Below, one piece after another: positions 37,765 to 48,112 of a DNA stretch of 64,000 bases. The notes below the pieces were generated by a model. It was not told the DNA's origin, searched no databases, and saw only the letters and a program-made list of their open reading frames with translations. Within the stretch, counting starts at the first letter, position 1, and each line of letters starts with the position of its first letter. The position numbers were made by a program, and so were the translations under genes. This DNA is from Cirrosporium novae-zelandiae (lineage: Eukaryota), in contig JAPETS010000008.1 of the NCBI GenBank assembly GCA_026023565.1, positions 248,001 through 312,000 of the forward strand. The letters are read 5' to 3'.

Positions 37765-38157
37765 TGTGAAAGAGTTACCAGTTTTTGGCTGCCTAGGGCA
37801 CCGAATGAGGGCAAAACTCTATTCGGAAAGCTCTAGGTAAGCGAGAACTGGGGACAACACACCGGAACCTCGGAGTTAGTTTCTTATCCATTTACGTACT
37901 AGTCCTGGACATGGGGTACAGCTACCTATCTATATAGGTAGCTGTACGCCCTAATAGACATAGAAAAAAATATCAGACTTCTTTACTCCCTTAATCCTTT
38001 TATTTTGTTTGGTTGATTTGTTTGTCTATTCTAGGAGTCACGTATTTATTTATTTATCTAGGTCCTACACACGATACCATTCCTATAGCTGCCCCAGGCC
38101 CCTTATATCCTATACCCACAGCTCTATCTAAATGCTCAACCTTATCACTCTTTCACA
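37765..38157. mobile_element. Solo-LTR-like insertion (393 bp) inside the transposase
   Basis: Ends are TGTGAAAGAG...CTCTTTCACA (TG..CA, 10-bp inverted termini), flanked by a GTAC duplication. Removing it restores the transposase frame FDRTKTEYNVKLENIWNIDE. Confidence 0.85.
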
Positions 38158-38632
38158 GTACTAAAACTGAGTACAATGTGAAGCTGGAAAATATATGGAA
38201 TATAGACGAAATAGGTGTTTCAATAGGGATATACAATAATACAACTAAAGTAATAGGGCGGGCAAATCAGCGATCTACGACTAAGGCTATGCCTGGTAAC
38301 CGTGACTGGATTTCTATATTGGAAACCGTGTCTGTACGGGGGAAATATATTCCGTGTGTTATTATATTCAAAGGAATGTCGTTTATTACGTTTTGGTTCG
38401 ATAATTATATCCCCGATTTATATTATACGGTGTCCCCGAATGGGTGGACGAGCAATGATATTGGGGTCAAATAGTTGAATACGGTGTTTATTCCCCAGAC
38501 CTCGATGACGCTCCCCGAAACTAGAATTCTAGTGGTTGATGGGCATAGTAATTATATAACCCCCGAGTTCATGTGGATATATCACCAAAACAATATTCAA
38601 TATCTATATTTATCTGTTTATTCATCTCATTT

Positions 38633-38885
38633 TGTGAAGGCAGCGCTTAGTACAGGCAGTGTGGTAGACTAGTGAAGCAATAGAATATATAACTAATAGG
38701 TATAACGTGCTATTCGCATGCAAGACGCAAGTAATGATGATAGCTTTCGAAGTGCTCCTTCTGTAGATACAAAAATCGAACGCTGCCTTGATAAATCAAG
38801 CAGCGTTCTCCTATATAAGGGTCTGGCCACGCGCCAAACCTCGCTTATGCGCCTACGAAGCGCACATGCTTGGCATGCCGTTACA
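38633..38885. mobile_element. Solo-LTR-like element copy A (253 bp)
   Basis: TGTGAAGGCA...TGCCGTTACA; near-identical inverted copy at 39090-39342; flanks are CATTT and AAAAG. Confidence 0.85.
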
Positions 38886-39089
38886 AAAAGGGTATAAACC
38901 AGCTTTTTTCCACCCAGCTGCAATTGTCCGACGAGTCAGGTGTTCAATGCGAGCTTGATTATATATTCGTATAAAGCTCTTTTTTTTAACGAGTGCGGCA
39001 TTATCCTATATAAAAAAGTCTTCAATATCACGTTTATATGCGTTCTTTAGGAAGGAAAACACGCCTCTATCTAGAGATTGCAGCAAATG

Positions 39090-39342
39090 TGTAACGGCAT
39101 GCCAAGCATGTGCGCTTCGTAGGCGCATAAGCGAGGTTTGGCGCGTGGCCAGACCCTTATATAGGAGAACGCTGCTTGATTTATCAAGGCAGCGTTCGAT
39201 TTTTGTATCTACAGAAGGAGCATTTCGAAAGCTATCATCATTACTTGCGTCTTGCATGCGAATAGCACGTTATACCTATTAGTTATATATTCTATTGCTT
39301 CACTAGTCTACCACACTGCCTGTACTAAGCGCTGCCTTCACA
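39090..39342. mobile_element. Solo-LTR-like element copy B (253 bp), inverted relative to copy A
   Basis: Reverse complement of 38633-38885 with one mismatch noticed; flanks are AAATG and CTTTT. Confidence 0.85.
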
Positions 39343-40326
39343 CTTTTAACCCTGACCGAGTGCTTTCTTCCCCCGAATTCAAAAATTCGAATATTCCCCC
39401 CCCTAGAGCGGTTACCCCATCCTTTCAGCCCCCCCAATCTAGCACCCCGACGATATTCAATACCCCTAAAAACAAAAAACAGCTAGTAGGCTTGGCGGTT
39501 GACTTGGATATACCGATTACCCGAAACCTCCGGACGCTCCTAAATAAGGCCGGGAAAAAACTCGATTAACAAAGCTTCGACGAAAATTTTACAAAATTGC
39601 AATTAAAACAAACACAAGCCGAAATCGAGATTTTTAAGGATAAGAAACGTACTAAAATCGCAATCGACTTAAATAGTCGATTTGCTGACAAGCAAGGTAT
39701 CGAGCGCGAATTGCAGAGGCAGCGGGAGAAGCAGGAGCAAGATAAAATTAAAAAACGGGGGGGTCGTAGGCGGGGAAGGCCAAAATTGCCTAAAAAGGAA
39801 AGGTCGCATTCTCAGGAATCTCCTGCTCCAATGCAGAATTTCATGGGGCAATTCTATGTACATTAATATATAAATTAGTCGATTGTACTCGAATTGAGAA
39901 ATTGTGGTGTTTTCGGCTAAAAGCTAGGGCTGTCCATAGACCCGTCCGACCTCTCTAATGTGGAAGATCAGGTTTACAAGTTCAATTTGATGTACTGAGT
40001 ACCAGTCATCGATCATATGACGGAGATGGTGTAAGTTCATGAAGATCATGCCAAGGATCAAGGGCCAAGGGATCATATCTTATCATAAAGAAGAAGCTTT
40101 GGACCGCCTTGGCCTTTCAAAGGCCCAAGGGCTCAGGGCTGAAGGCCAGTGAGGCCCCTGCAAAAGTCGGGAAATATTATAAATGGCAAAACCCGGCATA
40201 TCCATGTTGATTTCTAATAGCAGCTCGACTTGAAACTAATCCATTGTCTTCTTTCTTGTAGAGCGCTTTTCTTTCTAGACTACTTAGTACTTTCTTTAAT
40301 ATCTATCCCTTCTTCAAGTCACTACC

Positions 40327-41287
40327 ATGTTCAGGCCTATAACAGGTTCGACTCGTTTGGCCCTCCGACAATCTTTTTCTTCTCAATTCTCCCGGACTGT
40401 CCGACCACCTCGACGACTTTTAAGCACAGCACCAAAACGGACGTCACGGAATTGGAAGAACACCTCTCTGCGCTGGGGTTTAGCAGCTGGAATTGTATAC
40501 TGGTATAATACTACCAGTCTTTTTGCCGAACAGCCGTGTATGTGCCAAATGCTAGTTCGCCGTGACGTTATTTGCTAACATGAAACTTTAGATTACAATG
40601 ATCAATCTCTATTTTTAAATGAACCCCAGCCCCTTCCGACCGTTGAATCCATCTCCCAGGAACGACGCGAACGCGCGCAGCGCCAAGAGCTTGCGGAGAA
40701 GCGTACAGAGAAATCGGTAGAGATTCCTACTACAACAGACGGACAAGAGCCTACTCCTGACGATGACTCCGTGTCAGCTGCGGGCCAGTCGCCAGAAGAG
40801 CTAGAAGAAGAAGCTGGTCAGCAGGGTGCCTTTAATGAAGAGACTGGAGAGATCAACTGGGATTGCCCATGTTTGGGAGGGATGGCCCATGGTCCTTGTG
40901 GGGAGGAGTTTAGGGCGGCATTCAGCTGCTTTGTCTATTCCAAAGATGAACCAAAGGGGATGGACTGCATTGAACATTTCAAGTATGTTCCTAATAAATG
41001 GTCCTTCACTTTGGAAGGAAAGGCTAATATTGCGTTATAGGGGCATGCAAGATTGTTTTAGACAACATCCTGATGTCTATGGGGAAGAGCTAGCCGAGGA
41101 TGGTGACGAGGAAGGAGGTATGGATGTCCCTGCGAATGGGGAGGCTCCCCCATCAGATGAAAAGGAACCTATACAGACACCTTCTCAGCCATCACAAAAT
41201 TCGACCAAAATAGACACAACGGAGAAAGTTAAGGCTGTCGCCAAGAAAGGGAAAAAGGTGAACCCATCGGAAGATGAGAGTAACTAG
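40327..41287 (+). CDS. MIA40: Mitochondrial intermembrane space import and assembly protein 40
   Basis: Presequence plus TM segment; [36 protein letters not shown]...MDCIEHFK, intron, [13 protein letters not shown] (CPC plus twin CX9C). Confidence 0.95.
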
Positions 41288-41763
41288 CTTCTGCAGAAAG
41301 AAGCACATGGGACTATCTTGAAAAATGAAGCAAAATAGACTGGCGGCATTCATGTATCTTGTACCACTATTTTCAGCCGTCGGGGTTTTTAGCTCCTGGA
41401 TCCGACGTGTACCAATATAAATGTTGGAGAGCTAGACATAATACCCCATGTACTAATAGCAAAGAATGAGAAAGGTGATTACACAGCTAAATTAATTGTG
41501 AGCTTGTTCCGTATCTAGTAGAGGTGGTAGTGCTGGCTGGTTTGGCGTGTGTGTTATGATGTTAAAGGTTATTGGATCAGGTCAAGAAGATTCATGCTAC
41601 AGTATGTGGGTAGAAGACCTAGCAGAGATTAGAGCATATATGCACTGACATGGCAATCTCTAGATGAACTGAGCCTATGTTTAGTTGAACGGAAGTCTCC
41701 ATTTCCTATCAACACTGGAAGTGTCCTTTAAATATTAAGTTAACATTCTATTGTTTAACGAGA

Positions 41764-41873
41764 GACCACCATGGCTCAGTGGTAAACCGTTCAGTACTCC
41801 TGGCGCATATCAGAGTCAGGACAATGGAGTACTGCGATTGACGACACCTCAAGTTCGAATCCCACTGTCGACA
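41764..41873 (+). pseudogene. Degenerate tRNA-like sequence (tRNA pseudogene or tRNA-derived SINE head)
   Basis: A-box-like TGGCTCAGTGGTAA at 41772 and B-box GTTCGAATCCC at 41853, but the acceptor and T stems do not pair well and no anticodon can be assigned. Confidence 0.45.
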
Positions 41874-42538
41874 TTCCTTCAACAATAAGATCGATGGGGG
41901 AATAAATGGAATGGGGAGGTCGAAGAACACCCTCTCAGGATGAGCAGGCCTGAGGTGGGAGTTTTCATACGATGCAACGATGAACTCAGACACTGGGGCG
42001 GGGGCATCTGAACTTTTTGATATTTTGATATTTTGATTATTTATATTTATATTTATAGGATACACTAATATGTAAATTGTGGAAATAAATGTATAATAGA
42101 GAGCTAATATTCATTAAATCTCACTGTGTTCTCAGATTAAAGTTCGGGAAGACCCATCCTGCCCCGGAAGTTGCATGAAAGCTACGTCACATGCTAGGCC
42201 AGTCAACTGTTGTCCTTCGCTGTCTTTGAAGCAGGCGAGAGACAGGGTGACGAGTGACAAGTGACAAGCCCGAAACGTCCAGTTGTCTGCTACCCGGCTT
42301 TCTCCTTCTGAAAAAAAAAATCTCACACTTCCTCAGATTTCCTCAGACATTCATTCATTGATTGTCTTCTAACACATTCGTCCTCTCCGCTCGATTCTTC
42401 CCAATCTCTCCTACCGCCACCTTGGTGACCAGTAGCTTGACCTTGACCTATATAACTCTCCAGCTTTACCCCACTTGCATTAACCCAATCCAAGAGCCTT
42501 TTCTTGCTCTCAAAAACTTCGGATTAATCATTGTGAAG

Positions 42539-43339
42539 ATGTCGTATGCTCAAGCGGCCGCAAGTGGCCCAAAACAAACTCCCGAAGAAGTATGTATACG
42601 TCCATACCATCCCACTCCCAATTGAGGTTGTCTATAGGCTAACATCCACCTAGGCGTAAGTACATCTCAATTTTCTTCTTCTCTCTGATTCACCGACAAA
42701 AGACAGCAGAGCTTTCATTCTAGCCCCACAATACCAACGAAAAAAACCAGCATCCAATTCCTCCATAGCAAATCAAACTAACCTTCCTCCTATAGTGCTG
42801 CTCCTCAGCCTCCCAGACTAGAAGAGTCCGTCGCCTCCACTTCTTCTCTCGTCGACGTCGACTCCCCACACGTCTCCTCCGTCCCCTCGGATTACGAATA
42901 TCAATCCATCAAAACCACTACTCAAGCTGACCGCATCGAACGCGAAGAAGAATCCGAGGCTAGTACAGCCGAGGCCAAAGAAGAAGAAGCCAAGAAGAAG
43001 GCTAGATTGGAAAAAAATAAGGCTAGGTCGAAGGCACGATCAGCAAAGAAGCTTTTCGGAGAGAATTGCGATAACCCGGTGCTCGTTGGGAATGCGGCGG
43101 TTTACACGCTGAGCTTGGGAGTATTGGGAGTTGCTGCGTATAAGAGGGTGTTGCCAGATTTCAACTGGAAGGTCGCTGGCGTTTGGGCCGGTGCTTTGGG
43201 ACTTTTTGCAACTGCGGATTACTACGTGAGCAAGTACGTATCCTCCATTCAATTTTCCACATATCTATTCCCAGGATAAAACTTTACTAACGTAGATTCC
43301 TCCAGATACTTCTTCACAAAGTATCCTCCCAAGAATTGA
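42539..43339 (+). CDS. Mitochondrial outer membrane protein OM14-like (4 exons, including a 2-nt micro-exon)
   Basis: MSYAQAAASGPKQTPEE|A|AAPQPP...STSSLVDVDSPHVSSVPSDY...NPVLVGNAAVY...WKVAGVWAGALGLFATADYYVSK|YFFTKYPPKN*. Confidence 0.75.
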
Positions 43340-44298
43340 GAAAATCCAAACCACCTTGGAACATGAAAACGACGACACTTTTGATGAGACAACAATAACG
43401 AACACGGAGTCCGAAATGAAACCGACTCATGCTTTTTTTAAGCTACGCACAGCAAACTTTATTCCATGATTACTGCTTATATTTGGTGGGTTCTATTAAA
43501 GTCCTTTCTCGTCTTAATGGATTTTCGGGTTGGCGGCAACGTTTCATTTCTGTTTATGTAGCTAGCTAGCTCCTTGTACATTTTAGACGCCAATGACAAA
43601 CAGAACAGTCCCATCTCTTTATATCCCTTGAAGCCCGATTATAGCTAGAATGGCGTTGGTGATATAAAGTAAGAACAAGAAGAATACCACCAACAACATT
43701 TAGCAGAAAAGTTTCCCTAAACTTAGAATATTTTCCCTAAAACTGTAATACCAAGTTTCATCAACAATGAACAAAGAAAACAACAAGGAACAGACTAAAT
43801 CCTTAACACAATGAATATTTCTCAAAATCACACTACAATCCCTTCAAAATAAGCCAAACAGCCATCCATCATCTCCATCTCTATTTCTATCTTCTGTCAC
43901 TCCCATCGTCACTCCCATCTTCCCGTATTACCAGTACTCCTTCAAGCCTAAATACTAACTAGCTACCCCCGAACGCTATCTTTTAAACATAAAAAAGCTA
44001 GAACTACAATGTCCACATTGTACTAATGAGGTGTAGGTAAGTGTATTCCTGACTAATGAACGTGTTGCTAAATGAACTTGAACAACAGCCCCCCTTTATT
44101 CATACGCTGCACACGATGCCTGATAGTTCTTTGAAATGATGGTCAGCATGGTTAGATAATATGATTGGGGAGAGAGACTTACACCCAAAAGCCGAGGGAA
44201 AACATCCTTTGAATTAGCAATCTCATATATTAGATGAAGAAGATCTAGACGCCAACTGGGCGGGATTTTCCCAGTAGTATTGTATAACATTAATGTAA

Positions 44299-44608
44299 TC
44301 AGATGTGGTAAGCAGCCCTGCGGATGGCTTTCTTAGATTTTGTTCTAGATGAGGCTTTAGGAATCTGGGGAATTAATATCAAGTTTTGCTGACGGTTTTG
44401 TGAGGTATGATTTCTTCCTGGGTTTTGGTTTTGGGAGCGCCCAGAAGCGGAATACGGCAGAGCACTCGTAGCAGCCGGAGAGCTTGACTTATATATAGTA
44501 GAGGACTTCTCTAGGTCCGCTAGTCGGCAAGCTTGAGAGCAGTAAGCTTTCTCACTTGTTTGCTTATCCATAAGCTAAGCAGAAGTTCGGAGACCATTCT
44601 ATCGACAT
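44299..44608 (-). pseudogene. Ecl1/2/3-family (life-span regulatory, zinc-binding) gene with a frameshift
   Basis: MSIEWSPNFCLAY (+1 frameshift) DKQTSEKAYCSQACRLADLE. The second Cys of the expected CxxC reads TAT. Confidence 0.6.
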
Positions 44609-45880
44609 GGTGGTAAAGTTATTGGAAGGATTTTGAAGGTAGGCTGGCAAAGTAGTAGGAGCCGTACGACGATGCGTTATGAATTAATTGGTACATTTGT
44701 AAAGATTTGGTGGATGTTGTAAAGAATCGGATAGAGAAGAAAAGGCTTTCTCTCTAGAAGGAGCTATATATCATCTGTGGGAAAAAGAAGTAACGCTGAT
44801 TTGGAGTCTGGTAGATTTGTTTGTTTGTGTGCAAGTGTGTAAGAAAGGACGAGTCCATAGACAAGGTTTTGGGCTTCTCGGATGCCATGACTAATCACTG
44901 TCTGGACCAGAGGGCTGGATGAAGGTGGAATAGAGAAAAGGAAAATAGGATAGAGAGGATGGAACGGCCTTTTTAAACCTGGGGGGTTTGGTAGATTGGA
45001 GGTAGCGTCTTCGAAGCACGGTACAATAAATACGGTGCGAGGAAGGAAGAGAGAGAGGGGGGGAAGTAGCTATTTAGTCCAAGAAATAAGAAGGGAAAGA
45101 TGAGAAGTTGCGCATGCAGAATGTAGATGTAGTTTGGCTAAGCTTAATCCTCCTAAGCAATGGTGTAGATATATTTGTTGTCTTGGGCTATTTTATTATA
45201 TAGACGTGTGTATGTGTTCTATACGGGTTATGTGCCCAATACATATTTCTTTTTTTTTTTATCAATACATGTACATACCTAGGTGAAGCTTTGGTCCTGG
45301 CACTGATTCCCAGGTGGTAGATATAATTGATGTATGGTATATGATATATTGGGTGAGCTGTCTGAAGGCCGCATTATGATGAGGGATTCAGTTTTCTCTT
45401 TAGAAGTATTAGAGCTAGTTAGTGAGTGTAATAGCTTGAATCAAAGCAAGTAAAATGGATAAAAAAAATAATGGAGAAAGAGCAATAGTTAAGAGGATGG
45501 TGGATTTGTTCTTTATATGAAGCTTTAGCGAGGTATATCAATTACCACTTTTTTCTATTTTAAAGACATGAAAGTTCATATACCGTATATATGTAAAAGT
45601 ATATTTTTTTAATAATTGATGAATATCTGGATAGAATAGTAGAGTGGTAGAATAGGAAGATTTAAATACTTTTTATATTGGAAGGTAAGATGGGAAATTT
45701 AGGTTTTAGATTGAAATGTATAGGAATGGCTTGCGCGGTCTTACAATCATTGTAAGAATACTTGCATAGTATCATTATCATCATAAAAAGGGGGAGGCGT
45801 GAATTTGAGGGTTCTGTCGACGCCTGTATATCGACATGTTTAGCGCATGGCCTGAGTGGAAACCATAAAAAACATTCATG

Positions 45881-47323
45881 TCATGAAAGCTTCCCAATTC
45901 CTCTAAGGTGTAGGTACACGTCTGTACCCCATCCCCACAAACTTTGAATAGCAATTCCACCTCCGAAATACTCGGCATATGCACGGCTTAACGGTAACCC
46001 GTACCCAAGGCCTGCGATACTGCTAGAATACCCACCAGCTCCTGATAGCATGTTCAATCCGTCATTACTACCATTGCAAGATAAATCCAGAACATCGTCA
46101 TCACCAAATGTGGTGAAATTATATGACCAGATGTTGGAGAGATTCTCTGGGGAGATGCCTCCGCCCCTATCGCGAATCCGGATTGTCATTCCGGGGGCGG
46201 AGGTCTCCAGTCCTTGTATGATTCCGGGGCTTTTTAATGATGATGAAGTTGAATTGGATGCTTTTTCTTCCTCTAAGGATGGTTCTGACACCTGGTCGGG
46301 TGCCGTCGCTATGGTCACTTCTATTGGTTCCCGTTCCTGGCCATTCTCAACAACCGCTCGAAACGAATTTTTCAACAACTCTGTTATTATGTATTCTAGA
46401 TGAACCGGTACATGAGTAAAGCTGGCATTGTCATTTCCATTAATCATCACCCTGGGCCGGACACCGTATTTTAGTTCGCAAATCTCGGAGACAAAGGCCT
46501 CACAAGACCTGATAATGTCGGCAGGTCGAAGGTCAGTATCTATTACACCAATATAAGTGGAAGGGTTAGGTGACAATTGTTGGCCTAGAGCGTCTGCTTC
46601 CATAAGCTGAGAAGCAAAATGTAATGCAATGTGCTGTTCGGCAATCAATCGCGTGCCTATTCGAGCTCGTAAATGTTCATCTAGGAAGTGAGTGACGTCT
46701 GCAGGGCTGATGTACTTTCGACATTCGAGAAACCCGCGAGCAAGAATAGGTATAGTATTTGAATGGGTTTGAACTAGATCTGCCATCACCTCCGTGAATT
46801 TGATCTCCTCGTCAACAGTTGTGATCTGTCGCTGCTGGTAGGGAATGGTAAGTGTAGAAAAAGAATGTAGATAATTATGGTATATTTTCGATATGTGTTT
46901 GTTGGATACAACAATAAACGGTAGGTTACGCAGGGCTTGTATTCGACGAGCAAGTCTGCTGGGGAGTAAAGACAAACTGAAATTGGCAGATGATATTAGG
47001 TCGTCGGGTTTAAGTGGTGGTTTTCCATGTCTGAACAAATACTTAGCCAAGTTCGAAAAGGATAAAGGAGGAGTGGAAAGTTGTAGGTTGGGAACTCACC
47101 TCATGAGATCACTAAGTGTTAACTGGTGCGGAGGCTTTGCTGCAAGCCTTGCGACTTCATCATCAGCGAAATTGAGTGAGTTTGGAGGATGCGACCAGCG
47201 ATATCCAGCATTTCCCGCATGAGTATGACGGAGCCTTGAAATGTGGAGAGGACATAAAGATGGTATAGCCCTCGGGTTCCGATTTACTGGCCGGCATAGC
47301 TTAGACATGACTGTGCCATCCAA
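45881..47323 (-). CDS. Mitochondrial alpha-ketoacid (pyruvate/branched-chain) dehydrogenase kinase
   Basis: FLDEHLRARIGTRLIAEQH, ELLKNSFRA (N box), IRIRDRGGGI (G1), AGLGYGLPLSRAYAEYFGG (G2); one intron near 47045-47098. Confidence 0.92.
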
Positions 47324-47749
47324 TATCTTGACGTCCCCGTGGTGGGGATGTAACTAGGGTGGTTGAAGAGTCGGAGAGATTCATCTACCTCCGAGGTTGT
47401 TGTTCTGCTCATGAATGCTGTAACGATAATGAGCGAGAGTTAATATTTTTAGAATATTACTGCATAACCTGTTACAAATATAGTGATGTTCAAGAGGCCT
47501 TGGGTCTATTATTCCCTGGAAAGTACATAGCTTCTCGTTATGTTCACCCTCAATTTATTGTCCGTATGTCACCTTCAAGTCTTTTAATTTATTTTCTCAA
47601 GGGAACTGCAAGCGAGAGCGATATACAGCCCTTGAACCACAGCTGCATTCACAAAATGATACTTAAGAGGCTTATCCGTCAACAACCCTAGTCTAGGAAC
47701 CGGGAGCCAATCTAATAATCCTGAATATCTTCTAGGTACATCGGTTGTA

Positions 47750-48112
47750 ATAAGTTGGGAGGAGTCGATGGTGGATGGATAAGTAATCAAACCTTCGGGG
47801 TTATGTCTCACGGAGGTATTCAGGAAGCTTTCACGTTTCAGAACCCTATCGACGAATATGAATGTGATTCTGGATTTGCCGCATTTATAAACGACTCCTT
47901 TGGGAGTTCATCTCTCCTACCCAGTCCTAACGACCCGTTTGAGGCCTCTCAGCAACTGTACAGCCCCCAAGCATTCGGTATTGCTCAGTAAAAATTTCCA
48001 ATCCTCCAATTTCACATTTCCCGACGATGCTATTATTTCCGTTCTGGGACTTAACATGCTTCGCGCATGTATCATCATCGCCGTACGGCTAGGCTGTGAA
48101 CCCCGAATATAG
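47750..48112 (+). pseudogene. Truncated fragment of a fungal regulator-like gene (possibly DUF3425/bZIP-associated)
   Basis: NFTFPDDAIISVLGLNMLRACIIIAVRLG...* looks like the N-terminal part of that fungal family; interrupted by stops. Confidence 0.3.

Larger units (their letters stand above)
37199..39955 (+). mobile_element. Tc1/mariner superfamily Pogo/Fot1-type DNA transposon, inactivated, with nested inserts
   Basis: 65-bp TIRs at 37199-37263 and 39891-39955 with 1 mismatch; TA duplication at 37197-98 and 39956-57. Transposase remnants: HTH (AHGVTRSTLSNRL), KWVTRFVNR, WNIDE, SPNGWTSN, LVVDGH, SHLLQSLD (DDE_1 type), with stops and frameshifts. Confidence 0.95.

Noticed and set aside
38633..39342. 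A single foldback/MITE element with 253-bp TIRs
   Set aside because: The outer flanks differ (CATTT vs CTTTT), each pairs with an inner reverse-complement copy, and the spacer is host transposase sequence; two insertions plus an inversion explain it better
41764..41873. Functional tRNA gene
   Set aside because: Acceptor and T stems do not pair and no clean anticodon arm can be drawn
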